A DNA stretch of 26,288 nt from Fidelibacterota bacterium. GTDB lineage: Bacteria > Fidelibacterota > Marinisomatia > Marinisomatales > S15-B10. The stretch covers positions 1 to 26,288 of the forward strand of contig PBTS01000072.1 in assembly GCA_002729175.1 (NCBI GenBank), written 5' to 3'. Each line of letters starts with the position of its first letter. The first letter of the stretch is position 1. Position numbers and translations under genes: made by a program. Below are positions 1 through 9,289 of this stretch, one piece after another. A model generated the notes under the pieces. The model ran no database searches, was not told the DNA's origin, and worked only from the letters and a program-made list of their open reading frames with translations.

Positions 1-1
1 A

Positions 2-1234
2 GCTCCAGATGCAGAATATACTTACAAGCTCTGGCTGGCACATGGCATAACCACCGTTCGTGGTGTCGCTTTGGGACCCATGGAATGGACTCTCAGCGAA
101 AGGGACCGCAGTGCGAAAAATGAGATTGTGGCTCCCCGCATCTATGTTTACGAAAGGCCCGGTAATGGGGAAGATTGGAAAGATGGTTCCATCAATGACC
201 CCGAGACTGCTCGTAAGTGGGTCCGCTACGCCACCCGGAAAGGGGTGGATGGGCTGAAACTGGGCGCCTTCCGCCCGGATATAATGGAGGCGCTTCTGGA
301 TGAAGCAAAAAAACAGAAACTAGGCTCCACAGCTCACTTGGCACAGACCGGAGTGGCACAGATGAATGCAATCGATGCTGCTCGGCTTGGCCTTGGCGCC
401 ATGACACACTACTACGGCCTCTTTGAAGCACTCTACAAAAATCACGACGTCCAGCCGTGGCCCGTGGATATGAACTACACCAATGAACAGGACCGCTTCG
501 GTCAGGTGGCCCGGCAGTGGAACATGATCCACGAGCGGGGAAGTGATGAATGGGACGCCTTGCTGAAAGAATTCAAGGAGCTCGACTTTATTCTTGATCC
601 CACCATGACTGCCTATCTTGCCAGCCGGGACGTCATGCGGGCCCGTAATGCCGACTGGCACGAAAAGTACACTCTCCCATCCCAGTGGGAATTCTACCAG
701 CCCAGCAGAGTCTATCACGGCTCCTACTACTACGATTGGACTACTTGGGACGAGGTGGCGTGGAAGAACTTTTACCGTGTCTGGATGTCATTCCTCAATG
801 ATTACAAGAATATTGGCGGCCGGGTTACTGTCAGCTCAGACGCCGGCTATATCTACAACCTTTACGGCTTCTCTACCATTGAAGAGATGGAGCTGCTTCA
901 GGAGGCGGGTTTCCATCCGCTGGAAATTTTCCGCGGCGCCACTATGCATGGCGCCCAGGCCATCTTTGACCCCAAGGGAGAAAAGATACAATTTGGCGTA
1001 GTCCGTGCCGGCATGCTGGCCGATCTCGCCATTGTCGGTGAAAACCCCGTTCAAAACCTGAAAGTACTCTATGGTACCGGCGCTGTCCGCCTTAACGATG
1101 AGACAGGTAGAGCCGAGCGTGTTGGTGGTATTCTCTACACTGTGAAAGACGGCATCATTTATGATGCCAAGCAGCTGCGGAAAGACGTGGAAAAGATGGT
1201 TCGGAAACAGAAGAGGGAAAGAGGGGTTCGGTAG
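2..1234 (+). CDS. Metal-dependent amidohydrolase superfamily protein, 5'-truncated by the window edge
   Basis: Frame is open from base 2 (APDAEYTYKLWLAHGITTVRG...), upstream of the track's start at 71. Motifs GITTVR, GVDGLK, TAH, MTH, VSSDAG and C-terminal G-x-V-x-x-G-x-L-A-D-L fit the amidohydrolase TIM barrel. Confidence 0.85.
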   Translation, partial: APDAEYTYKLWLAHGITTVRGVALGPMEWTLSERDRSAKNEIVAPRIYVYERPGNGEDWKDGSINDPETARKWVRYATRKGVDGLKLGAFRPDIMEALLDEAKKQKLGSTAHLAQTGVAQMNAIDAARLGLGAMTHYYGLFEALYKNHDVQPWPVDMNYTNEQDRFGQVARQWNMIHERGSDEWDALLKEFKELDFILDPTMTAYLASRDVMRARNADWHEKYTLPSQWEFYQPSRVYHGSYYYDWTTWDEVAWKNFYRVWMSFLNDYKNIGGRVTVSSDAGYIYNLYGFSTIEEMELLQEAGFHPLEIFRGATMHGAQAIFDPKGEKIQFGVVRAGMLADLAIVGENPVQNLKVLYGTGAVRLNDETGRAERVGGILYTVKDGIIYDAKQLRKDVEKMVRKQKRERGVR

Positions 1235-1251
1235 TATTTAAACAGTTAAAT

Positions 1252-4200
1252 GTGATGAGACAGGATAAGAACAGGTTTATTCTCGCTCTTATATTAGCGG
1301 CTTTTGGCTGCGACAGCACACCGGAAGTAGCCATCGACACACCGGCTCCGGCTGACACTGTGGCTGAAGCTGTACCTATCACACTCACCGCTACCGATAA
1401 CGACTCTGTCACTTTTGTGGAGCTTTGGGTAGACGGTGATTCCACCGGCCTTACGGACGACTCAGAACCTTTCTCTTTCCGATGGAACACTGTCGACTAC
1501 GGGAACATCTCCGCTCACAATCTCGTGGCCTACGCCGTTGATATCGACGGCAACCGCGGCAAGAGCGACACTGTTACCATCACTGTGGATAACCGCCAGT
1601 CATATCCAGAGCCCAAATCGGTAGATAGCACCGCCTTTATGAACGGCCGATATACTCTTAACTGGGTATTAGCCGCAGATAATGATTTTGCTTCCTACCG
1701 TATCGAGAAGTCAGATGATCCGAAGATGGCTGAAGCCCAGGTGATCACTACCTTCGAAAACAGGAACACAACCACCTTTACCGATAGTAACATGGATCCG
1801 TTGCAACACCATTATTATCGTGTTGTTGTTATTGACACCCTTGGTTTTGAGTCTCCCGGGCCTATTCACCGTTCGGACCTCTATCCACCACCTCTTCCTG
1901 CTAATGTCACCGCTGTCACCTACGACTATGACGCCATGACAGTGGAGTGGACCCCCAGCAACGGCGAAAACTTTGAGCAGTACACGCTTTTTACCGCCTC
2001 TTCCGAAGTAGGTTCCAGAAGAGCAGTGGCCACTTATGATGATCCCACCGTCACCACTCATATTCTGGATAATTTCGATCCCACCCGGGAAAACTGGTTC
2101 TGGGTTGTTACTCGGAACATTTATGATCAGACCACCCAAGGTGAAGGGATCACTCACACTCCCGATCCGCCTCCTGCGACTCTGGCTGTCACATCGGTGA
2201 AATATAACCTGAAGAAAATGATCATTAATTGGGAGAAAACGCCTGATGAAGATTTCAGAGTCTATGAACTGCTCCACAGTGAAACTGAGGACGGAATCAG
2301 GACATTGGTTGCTACTGTCGAAGATCCCGAAATAACCAGCCACACACTCACTGATTTTGATCCCACCTATGAGAACTGGTTCTGGGTCCGGGTCACCGAT
2401 CACTGGAGGCTCAGATCCATTGGGAATGCCATGACACATGAACCGGATAAGCCGCCAAGACCTATTGCCGTCAGGTCCGTCAGCTACGACCTTGAGAAGA
2501 TGACCGTAAAGTGGCAACGATCCAGAGAGAAAGATTTCCTTGCTTACGAGGTCCTCCATTCGGACAGCGAGATGGGGGAGAAGCAGCTGCTGGAGATTAT
2601 CACTAATCCCAAAACAACCACCTATCGGTGGAAAGATTTTGATCCCACCCATGAGAACTGGTTCTGGATCCGAGTTACCGATCACTGGGGCCTTACCTAT
2701 AAGGGGTCGGGCAAGACTCATGAGATCGACCCACCACCGGTCTCCGTGGATGTGGACTCTGTCTGGTACAATGAACAAATAATGACCGTTACTTGGGGCA
2801 TTTCCGAGGAAGCTGACTTCGCTTACTACGAACTATTCACTTCCGACATCGAATATGGTAATCGTCGGCCTGTAGTGAAGATTGGTGACATTAACCGGAC
2901 CAGTTATATCTTCCGTCATTTCGATCCCACGAAAGAGAACTGGTTCACTGTGGACGTGGTGGACAAGTGGGGACTCAGATCAACCGGTCGGGCCAGGACC
3001 AACGAAGCAAACGAACCGCCTGAGCCCATCCGCATCATCTCCGTCGATTATAATTTTGAACAGTTCAACATTACTTGGCGAAAAACTGCCCAAGCCGATT
3101 TTTCTTTTTATGATCTTCTTGTCTCCACCGAACGGGATGGTAAGCAGAAGCGGCTAGTGACACTTACCTCAGTGGAGGATACAGCGTACACTATTAACGG
3201 TAGGGGTGTGTTTGACCCCACCCGGAAGCACTGGTTCTGGATCCGTACCGGGGACACCTGGGGGCAAGAGGTGACAGGTCCCGGCTATCGGGTTTTGGAT
3301 GATCCTCCGCTCATGTCTTATCTCCAACCTGTGGAATACCGCAAGGACCAGTTCATTTTCACCTGGGCTGCCAACGGCGAGGATGACTTCAGCCGTTACA
3401 ACCTATATGAATCAGCTAAACCTGAAATGCTTGATGAAACTATAATCTTTACAACCGTAGACAGGATAGACACCACATTTGTTCTTCAAGGGATCGACCC
3501 TTGGGAAGCCCACTACTATCGTCTTGAAGTGGAAGATGTCTGGGGGCTTCGAACAACCGACGAGATCCGTAAAGGTGATTCGGAGAGCTGGTTTATTGCA
3601 ACCCATGGTGACGTGCACCATGAAGAGGGACGTTCGGTCCAGGAAACTGCCGACGGTGGGTTCATCGTTGCTGGTCACGCCTACGCCAATGAGGACAACG
3701 GTGACATTTGGCTCGTAAAGACCGATCCCAAAGGCAATATCGACTGGACTCAAACCTACGGTGGCGACGGCGACGACCATGCCTATTCAGTTCAAGTCAC
3801 AGCAGATGGCGGCTATGTTGTGGCCGGTTTTTCTGAGGCCATTGCCGAAAAGTGGAGCGACGCCTGGGTAATCAAGACTGATAACGAAGGGCGCGTAGAG
3901 TGGAACCGGACCTACGGCGGTTTTCGTTGGGATAAAGCACACCACATTCGTCAGACTACTGACGGCGGTTACATCATCACAGGTTATACCTTTTCGCGCG
4001 GTAGCGATAATGCTGATATCTGGCTCATCAAGGCCGATGCCAGCGGTTATCCGGTCTGGACAAACACTTTCGGCGGCCCCGACTGGGAGTATGGCTATGC
4101 GGTCCAAGAGACTGCTGACGGAGGTTATATTATTTCAGGATTCACAGAGACAGAAGAGAAGAAATCAAGTCGCATCTGGTTGGTGAAGACCGATAGTCAG

Positions 4201-4734
4201 GGCCAGGAGCAGTGGACAAGAACATTCGGGAGCCGAAAGCACAACACCGGCCACTTTGTTCAGGAGACTGCCGACGGCGGTTACATTGTTGTAGGTATCA
4301 CTCAGTCGTTCTTCCCCAATTTTGAAGATGTTTTGCTTATTAAGACCGATGCTGTCGGCGAAACTCTCTGGGAAAAGACCTTCGGTGGGCAGAGCTGGGA
4401 CCGGTGCCATACTGTCCGGCAAACCGATGACGGCGGTTACATCCTGGCCGGTTCCAGCCGTCTCAAAGAAGAGAGTAATGCCGACGCCTGGCTCCTGAAG
4501 ACAGATGCCGTTGGCAATCCCCTTTGGAAGCAGACTTTTGAGAGTATATCCAGTGATGAGATCACCTCTCTCCAAATCACCTCAGACGGCGGGTTCGTTC
4601 TGGCAGGATCCAGTGCATCCATGGATGGCAGCCCCGCCGATTTACTTTTGATCAAAACTGATGCTCGCGGCACAACACCATCCCGGCCGGAAGAGGCTCT
4701 CCACCGCCTCGGTGCTGTGTTAGAAAGAGAGTAA
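1252..4734 (+). CDS. Large modular lipoprotein: Ig-like (Big) domain, seven FN3-like repeats, seven-repeat DGG[YF] beta-propeller
   Basis: 1160-aa ORF with lipobox LAAFG-C. Bacterial Ig-like segment (ATDND..V..VELWVDG...PFSFRWNT...LVAYAVD.DGN), then ~94-aa repeats and ~52-aa T-x-DGG[YF]...W-L-x-K-T-D-x-x-G repeats. Confidence 0.85.
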   Translation: MMRQDKNRFILALILAAFGCDSTPEVAIDTPAPADTVAEAVPITLTATDNDSVTFVELWVDGDSTGLTDDSEPFSFRWNTVDYGNISAHNLVAYAVDIDGNRGKSDTVTITVDNRQSYPEPKSVDSTAFMNGRYTLNWVLAADNDFASYRIEKSDDPKMAEAQVITTFENRNTTTFTDSNMDPLQHHYYRVVVIDTLGFESPGPIHRSDLYPPPLPANVTAVTYDYDAMTVEWTPSNGENFEQYTLFTASSEVGSRRAVATYDDPTVTTHILDNFDPTRENWFWVVTRNIYDQTTQGEGITHTPDPPPATLAVTSVKYNLKKMIINWEKTPDEDFRVYELLHSETEDGIRTLVATVEDPEITSHTLTDFDPTYENWFWVRVTDHWRLRSIGNAMTHEPDKPPRPIAVRSVSYDLEKMTVKWQRSREKDFLAYEVLHSDSEMGEKQLLEIITNPKTTTYRWKDFDPTHENWFWIRVTDHWGLTYKGSGKTHEIDPPPVSVDVDSVWYNEQIMTVTWGISEEADFAYYELFTSDIEYGNRRPVVKIGDINRTSYIFRHFDPTKENWFTVDVVDKWGLRSTGRARTNEANEPPEPIRIISVDYNFEQFNITWRKTAQADFSFYDLLVSTERDGKQKRLVTLTSVEDTAYTINGRGVFDPTRKHWFWIRTGDTWGQEVTGPGYRVLDDPPLMSYLQPVEYRKDQFIFTWAANGEDDFSRYNLYESAKPEMLDETIIFTTVDRIDTTFVLQGIDPWEAHYYRLEVEDVWGLRTTDEIRKGDSESWFIATHGDVHHEEGRSVQETADGGFIVAGHAYANEDNGDIWLVKTDPKGNIDWTQTYGGDGDDHAYSVQVTADGGYVVAGFSEAIAEKWSDAWVIKTDNEGRVEWNRTYGGFRWDKAHHIRQTTDGGYIITGYTFSRGSDNADIWLIKADASGYPVWTNTFGGPDWEYGYAVQETADGGYIISGFTETEEKKSSRIWLVKTDSQGQEQWTRTFGSRKHNTGHFVQETADGGYIVVGITQSFFPNFEDVLLIKTDAVGETLWEKTFGGQSWDRCHTVRQTDDGGYILAGSSRLKEESNADAWLLKTDAVGNPLWKQTFESISSDEITSLQITSDGGFVLAGSSASMDGSPADLLLIKTDARGTTPSRPEEALHRLGAVLERE
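1600..3580 (+). repeat. Seven in-frame FN3-like tandem domain repeats, period 282 nt
   Basis: [FMI]DP anchor codons at 1792, 2074, 2356, 2638, 2920, 3211, 3493 (spacings 282, 282, 282, 282, 291, 282). Recurrent FDPT.ENWFW.RV.D.W motif. Array boundaries are approximate. Confidence 0.85.
3589..4671 (+). repeat. Seven in-frame ~52-aa repeats, probable 7-bladed beta-propeller
   Basis: [QR]-x-T-x-DGG units start at 3640, 3793, 3949, 4105, 4261, 4417, 4573 (153 then 156 nt spacing). Confidence 0.85.
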
Positions 4735-4792
4735 GAGATCCACTGGGAATTGCTTTATTGTTTATCAATCGATTTATAACATAGAGGACGAA

Positions 4793-5968
4793 ATGAAAAA
4801 GACAGCTGATGTAATTATCATAGGTGGTGGCATCATGGGGTGTAGTAGCGCCTACCAGCTTAGTAAAGCCGGTGTGAAAGTTACCCTGCTGGAAAAGAGG
4901 TATGTAGGAGACGGTCCTACAGGCAAATCGTCTGCTATCATCCGGCAGCACTACTCCCATAAAATCACTGCCAGCATGGCATTCCATAGCCTGAAAATAT
5001 TTCACAATTTCAAGGATGAGGTGGGAGACGAATGCGGATTTAATCATACAGGATTTCTCAATGTGGTGAGTAAGAAAGACCTAGAAGGCCTCAAGCTTAA
5101 CGTACAACTCCAGCAATCTCTCGGTATCAACACTAAGGTTATATCAGGTGAGGAAATTGCTGAAGTGATGCCTGGTCTGGTAACCAATGATCCTTTGTAT
5201 GCTGCTTACGAACCTGACGGCGGTTATGCAGATGCTTATTTGACTGTTGGCGCTTACGCCCGAGCGGCAAAAAAGCTGGGTGCCGAGATAGTTCAGAAGG
5301 CGGAAGTGACAGCCATCCGGCGGTCAGGTGATAAAGTTGTGGGTGTCGATTCATCAAAGGGTCAGTTTGATGCACCTGTCATTCTTAGCGCCACCGGAGC
5401 TTGGGCCAAAGGGGTGGGTCAAATGGTTGATCTGGATCTTCCCATTAATTCCTGCAGAGTTCAGGTGGCCTATTTCCACCGCCCAGGGGATATGAAAGGT
5501 TATCATCCTGTTGTTACTGATTTTGTGAAGGCCATTTATTTCCGGCCCGAAGGGACGGATCTTACTGTTGCCGGTCTCGTCGATCCAGCGGAAGCAAATG
5601 TCGTTGTCGATCCGGACGAATACGACGAAGGTGTGAATCTCGATTTTGTCACTGAGGTTGGCGAAAAAATCATGTACCGCTATCCGGATATGGAAAAGTC
5701 AGAAAGCCGGGGCGGTTACGCCTCTCTCTATGCCGTCACCCCTGATTGGCACGCCATCGTTGATGAACTACCTCAAGGGAGCGGTTACTATGTCTGTTCA
5801 GGTTTCAGCGGCCACGGTTTCAAACTGGGACCAGCGGTGGGCCTTATGGTAGCCGATTTCATTACAGGAAATTCCACACCGAAATTTGACCACACCCTTT
5901 TCAGATTTTCCCGTTTTGAAGAAAAGAACACGATGGAAGGTAGATACCAATACAGCATAGCGGGGTGA
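4793..5968 (+). CDS. FAD-dependent oxidoreductase, DAO family (sarcosine oxidase beta / amino-acid oxidase-like)
   Basis: N-terminal ADVIIIGGGIMG dinucleotide fold, TGKSSAIIRQHY, TPDWH, C-terminal GFSGHGFKLGPAVG. GAGG RBS upstream. Confidence 0.88.
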   Translation: MKKTADVIIIGGGIMGCSSAYQLSKAGVKVTLLEKRYVGDGPTGKSSAIIRQHYSHKITASMAFHSLKIFHNFKDEVGDECGFNHTGFLNVVSKKDLEGLKLNVQLQQSLGINTKVISGEEIAEVMPGLVTNDPLYAAYEPDGGYADAYLTVGAYARAAKKLGAEIVQKAEVTAIRRSGDKVVGVDSSKGQFDAPVILSATGAWAKGVGQMVDLDLPINSCRVQVAYFHRPGDMKGYHPVVTDFVKAIYFRPEGTDLTVAGLVDPAEANVVVDPDEYDEGVNLDFVTEVGEKIMYRYPDMEKSESRGGYASLYAVTPDWHAIVDELPQGSGYYVCSGFSGHGFKLGPAVGLMVADFITGNSTPKFDHTLFRFSRFEEKNTMEGRYQYSIAG

Positions 5969-5995
5969 TCAGAAACTTGAGACTGGAGAAAAGCA

Positions 5996-7087
5996 ATGAG
6001 AAGCGACAGAAGAACATTTCTTAAAACCGCTACGTTTGGAGCGGCCGGTGTTGCTCTGGGGAATTCCTTGACAATGGGTCAGGGAAAGCGAACTGTGGAC
6101 AAGTTATACGAGGGAGCTATTGTTATTGATTCCCTTTCGGTAGGGCGTCAATGGGGGGAAGTGGCATACTCCGCAGTTAAGGAATCCGGTTACACGGGGA
6201 TTCAGACCAGTCTTCACAACCGAACATGGGACGGTGCCCTGAAAGATATTGCGGAATGGAATGATAGAATTTCTGAGAACCCTAACCTTTTTTTCAAAGC
6301 TACTACTGCTAATCATTTCCGTCAGGGAAAGAAGGAAAATAAACTAGCGGTCATGTATGGACACCAGAATACCACAATGATTGAAAATAAAATTAACCGT
6401 CTTGATATTCTTCATGACTTGGGTACCCGCTGTATCCAGCTCACTTATAATTCACGAAACTTGGTTGGTGATGGATGTACTGAACGAACCAACGCCGGTC
6501 TTTCCGATTTTGGGGTGGATGTTGTTAAACGCATGAATGAACTGGGTATTATTGTTGACCTTTCACACTGTGGAAAACAGACCTCATATGACGGTATACA
6601 GTTTTCTGAGCCACCTGCATGCTTCACGCATACTATGTGTGAATCTATCTATAGGAACCATCCCAGAGCCAAAACGGATAACCAAATCCGGACGATGGCG
6701 GATAAAGGGGGCGTCATGGGAGTGGCTGCACTGGGGTATTTCGTAGGTCCCGACCCTGGTGGGAAAACCACCATTGAAACATATCTTGATCATGTGGACC
6801 ATGCGGTGAAGGTTGGTGGCATTGACCACGTTGCGCTTTGTACTGATTTTCCTATTCAGGGGATAAAAGTGTGGGCAACCAAAGAAACCTGGTACGAGCC
6901 AAGGCTCAAATCGTTCAAACCTTCCTACAACGTAAAGTGGCCTCCTTGGATACCTGATCTGGATAAACCTGGAAGATTCCGGAGTGTGGCTCACGGTCTC
7001 AGTAAACGCGGCTATTCCGATGATAAAATAGAAAAAATACTTGGACTTAACTGGTTGCGCTATTTTGATACCGTTTTGGAGGGTTAA
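5996..7087 (+). CDS. Membrane dipeptidase family (peptidase M19) protein with Tat signal
   Basis: DRRTFLK twin-arginine signal. QLTYN.RN..GDGC.E, GLS.FG...V..MN.LG.IVDLSH, THT, HPRAK.D, G.DHV...TDF and EKILG.NW motifs. Confidence 0.88.
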   Translation: MRSDRRTFLKTATFGAAGVALGNSLTMGQGKRTVDKLYEGAIVIDSLSVGRQWGEVAYSAVKESGYTGIQTSLHNRTWDGALKDIAEWNDRISENPNLFFKATTANHFRQGKKENKLAVMYGHQNTTMIENKINRLDILHDLGTRCIQLTYNSRNLVGDGCTERTNAGLSDFGVDVVKRMNELGIIVDLSHCGKQTSYDGIQFSEPPACFTHTMCESIYRNHPRAKTDNQIRTMADKGGVMGVAALGYFVGPDPGGKTTIETYLDHVDHAVKVGGIDHVALCTDFPIQGIKVWATKETWYEPRLKSFKPSYNVKWPPWIPDLDKPGRFRSVAHGLSKRGYSDDKIEKILGLNWLRYFDTVLEG

Positions 7088-7122
7088 TGCAGATAGTAAC
7101 GAAAAAATTGAAGAAATAAACT

Positions 7123-8292
7123 ATGTTGTCTATATCCCGTTGTAATAACGTAAATGATCTCAGGTCTCTTGCAAAACGCCGTTTACCCCGGTCCATGTTT
7201 CATTATATTGATGGTGGAGCGGATGATGAGGTGACTCTCCGGCGAAACACGGATGCTTTTGAAGACTATGAGATTCAACCTCGCTTCCTCAGGCCGGTAG
7301 ATGAGATTGACACAACTGTCACACTCTTCGGCAAAAAACTCGATATCCCATTCTTCATCGCACCCACCGGCATGTCGAGGCTTTTCCATCACACCAAGGA
7401 AAATGCGGTAGCCCGTGCCGCCGCCAAGTTTGGAACGGCGTACAGCCTGTCAACACTTGGAACCGCCAGTCTTGAGGAAATTTCTGAGGAGACAGATGGG
7501 CCGAAAATGTTCCAGATCTATATCCTGAAAGACAGGGAACTCACCCGGGAGTTTGTGGAGCGGTGCAAGGCCGCAAACTATGACGCCCTCTGCCTCACTG
7601 TAGATGTCCCTCTTGCTGGGAACCGGGAAAGGGACAAAGTGACTGGCATGACCATGCCGCCGCGGTTTACGATGAAGAGTTTCTTCAGTTTTTTTTCACA
7701 CCCGAACTGGTCATTCAACTTCTTGCTTCATCCCGATTTCCGTCTGGCCAATGTGGTCCACCGGGTTGATGCCCTGGGCAAAGGTGCTATGGGCCTCATA
7801 GAATATGTGAATAGTCAATTTGATAGGACAGTCACCTGGGACGATGCTTCCCGGCTCATTCAACAGTGGGGGGGGCCTTTTGTCATTAAGGGGGTACTTA
7901 CTTCCGAAGATGCAAAACGGGCCCGGGAGATCGGCGCCACAGCGCTCATGATTTCCAACCACGGCGGCCGCCAGATGGACGGTGTCCCGGCAGCCATAGA
8001 TTGTTTAGCACCCATAAGGGATGCTGTTGGAAGTGACATGGAACTGATTCTGGACGGCGGCATCCGCCGCGGAACTCATATGCTGAAGGCATTGGCATTG
8101 GGAGCAAATGCTGTTTCTATCGGTAAGGCCTATCTCTACGGACTTGCCGCCGGAGGGCAAAAAGGGGTAGAACTGGTACTTCAGATACTAAAGGATGAAC
8201 TGGAACGTGACATGGCACTTATGGGATGCGGAACAATTCAGGAATTATCTAAAGAATTTGTAAAACGCCGATACAATAGAAGTATTCCATGA
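7123..8292 (+). CDS. lldD: FMN-dependent alpha-hydroxy-acid dehydrogenase/oxidase (L-lactate dehydrogenase-like)
   Basis: AKRRLP..F.YIDGGA.DE.TLRRN, APTG, LTVD, SNHGGRQ.D and DGGIRRG motifs. Exact substrate not determinable from sequence. Confidence 0.85.
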   Translation: MLSISRCNNVNDLRSLAKRRLPRSMFHYIDGGADDEVTLRRNTDAFEDYEIQPRFLRPVDEIDTTVTLFGKKLDIPFFIAPTGMSRLFHHTKENAVARAAAKFGTAYSLSTLGTASLEEISEETDGPKMFQIYILKDRELTREFVERCKAANYDALCLTVDVPLAGNRERDKVTGMTMPPRFTMKSFFSFFSHPNWSFNFLLHPDFRLANVVHRVDALGKGAMGLIEYVNSQFDRTVTWDDASRLIQQWGGPFVIKGVLTSEDAKRAREIGATALMISNHGGRQMDGVPAAIDCLAPIRDAVGSDMELILDGGIRRGTHMLKALALGANAVSIGKAYLYGLAAGGQKGVELVLQILKDELERDMALMGCGTIQELSKEFVKRRYNRSIP

Positions 8293-8555
8293 AAGCTATT
8301 ATAGGGCTTTTTCTTACACTCTCAATCATAGTTTCTCAGTCCTCAGCTGACAAGCAGTTTGAGGATATTGCCCAGCTTCCCACTTATTTTGGCGGTTTTT
8401 TGGAGCACTATGCCCTAAGGCAGGAGCTTCAAAAGCGGCGCGGTGCTAAATTTGTGTTGAAAGATTACCATGATGAGGAACTCTCTTTTGGCTCACCACC
8501 TGTCCAGTATGTGCGGGCACTCATGCTGGACGAGCTCATTCCGGCGATAAAATGA
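8289..8555 (+). pseudogene. 88-aa ORF resembling an internally deleted DUF885-family gene (signal peptide and N-terminus fused to extreme C-terminus)
   Basis: Signal peptide plus ADKQFEDIA, directly followed by QLPTYF.G..EH..LR......F.LK.YHD..LSFGSPPV.YVR.LM, which matches my recollection of the DUF885 C-terminus. ATGA overlaps with both neighbours. Confidence 0.65.
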
Positions 8556-9244
8556 TCCATTCGAAACGACTTATGCTTGTCACAATTCCTCGATGGAACT
8601 TAGGAGTATTTATATTACTTGTTTTTTTGGCCATGTTTTTCTATCCGGGTGGTACTTATCGTGATGGTACTACTGAAGGCTATATTTTTTCCCAAAACTT
8701 CTTGAGTGATCTGGGGCGGTGGGCTGTATATAACGGTCAGGAAAATTATTTTTCATCAGTCCTTTTTAGCTTTGCATTTGCTGCGACTGGGCTAGTCTTC
8801 TGCTTCTTTTTTTGGACTCTTCCGTCACTTTATTCAAAGGAAAGAAATATCTATTTGGTTTCAATGATAGGATCGGCCGGCGGTATTCTTGGAGGTATCT
8901 TTATAATGGGCAGTGGTCTTACGCCAGGGGACTTGATGTTAGATCCTCACGTTTTTTTTAGCAATTGGTGTTTCAGATTCTTCCTCATTGCTGCAGTATG
9001 TTATACATTTGTTTTCTTTAGGACTGACACAATGCATACCATATACGGGATGGGCTACGGTCTTTTTGCATTTCTCATAGCTGTTTACATCGGTATCATT
9101 GAATTCGGTCCTTCTATAGAAGAGAGCCTGTCAGCACTTAAGATTCAGGTCGTCTCACAAAAACTGATCTGTCTCACATTCATTCTTGCCGTGGCGTTTC
9201 AGACTTACGGCAATGAAGAGGCCCTTGGAAAGCGGGGCATCTAA
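8552..9244 (+). CDS. Multi-pass membrane protein, possibly DUF998-like
   Basis: About six hydrophobic segments. YPGG....GY.F..NFLSDLG motif near the N-terminus and a His after the third helix (DPHVFF). Family assignment tentative. Confidence 0.65.
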   Translation: MIHSKRLMLVTIPRWNLGVFILLVFLAMFFYPGGTYRDGTTEGYIFSQNFLSDLGRWAVYNGQENYFSSVLFSFAFAATGLVFCFFFWTLPSLYSKERNIYLVSMIGSAGGILGGIFIMGSGLTPGDLMLDPHVFFSNWCFRFFLIAAVCYTFVFFRTDTMHTIYGMGYGLFAFLIAVYIGIIEFGPSIEESLSALKIQVVSQKLICLTFILAVAFQTYGNEEALGKRGI

Positions 9245-9289
9245 CCTTCTTGTCTTATCTTAATTCCATGTCATCTTAAGGATCTGTAG

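Noticed and set aside
1711..2778. 355-aa minus-strand ORF with apparent repeats
   Set aside because: Antisense shadow of the repetitive lipoprotein gene; no independent motifs.
2074..3249. Recurring GATCCCAC...AACTGGTTC DNA motif that could look like a CRISPR or regulatory repeat
   Set aside because: The period is 282 nt, in frame within a CDS, with codon-type variation and no cas genes. Explained by FN3 domain repeats.
4750..4780. Possible sigma70 promoter (TTGCTT...TATAAC) and partial FNR-like site (TTATT-N4-ATCAA) before the DAO gene
   Set aside because: The 19-nt spacer is suboptimal, the putative -10 is very close to the RBS, and the FNR left half matches poorly. Cannot be supported.
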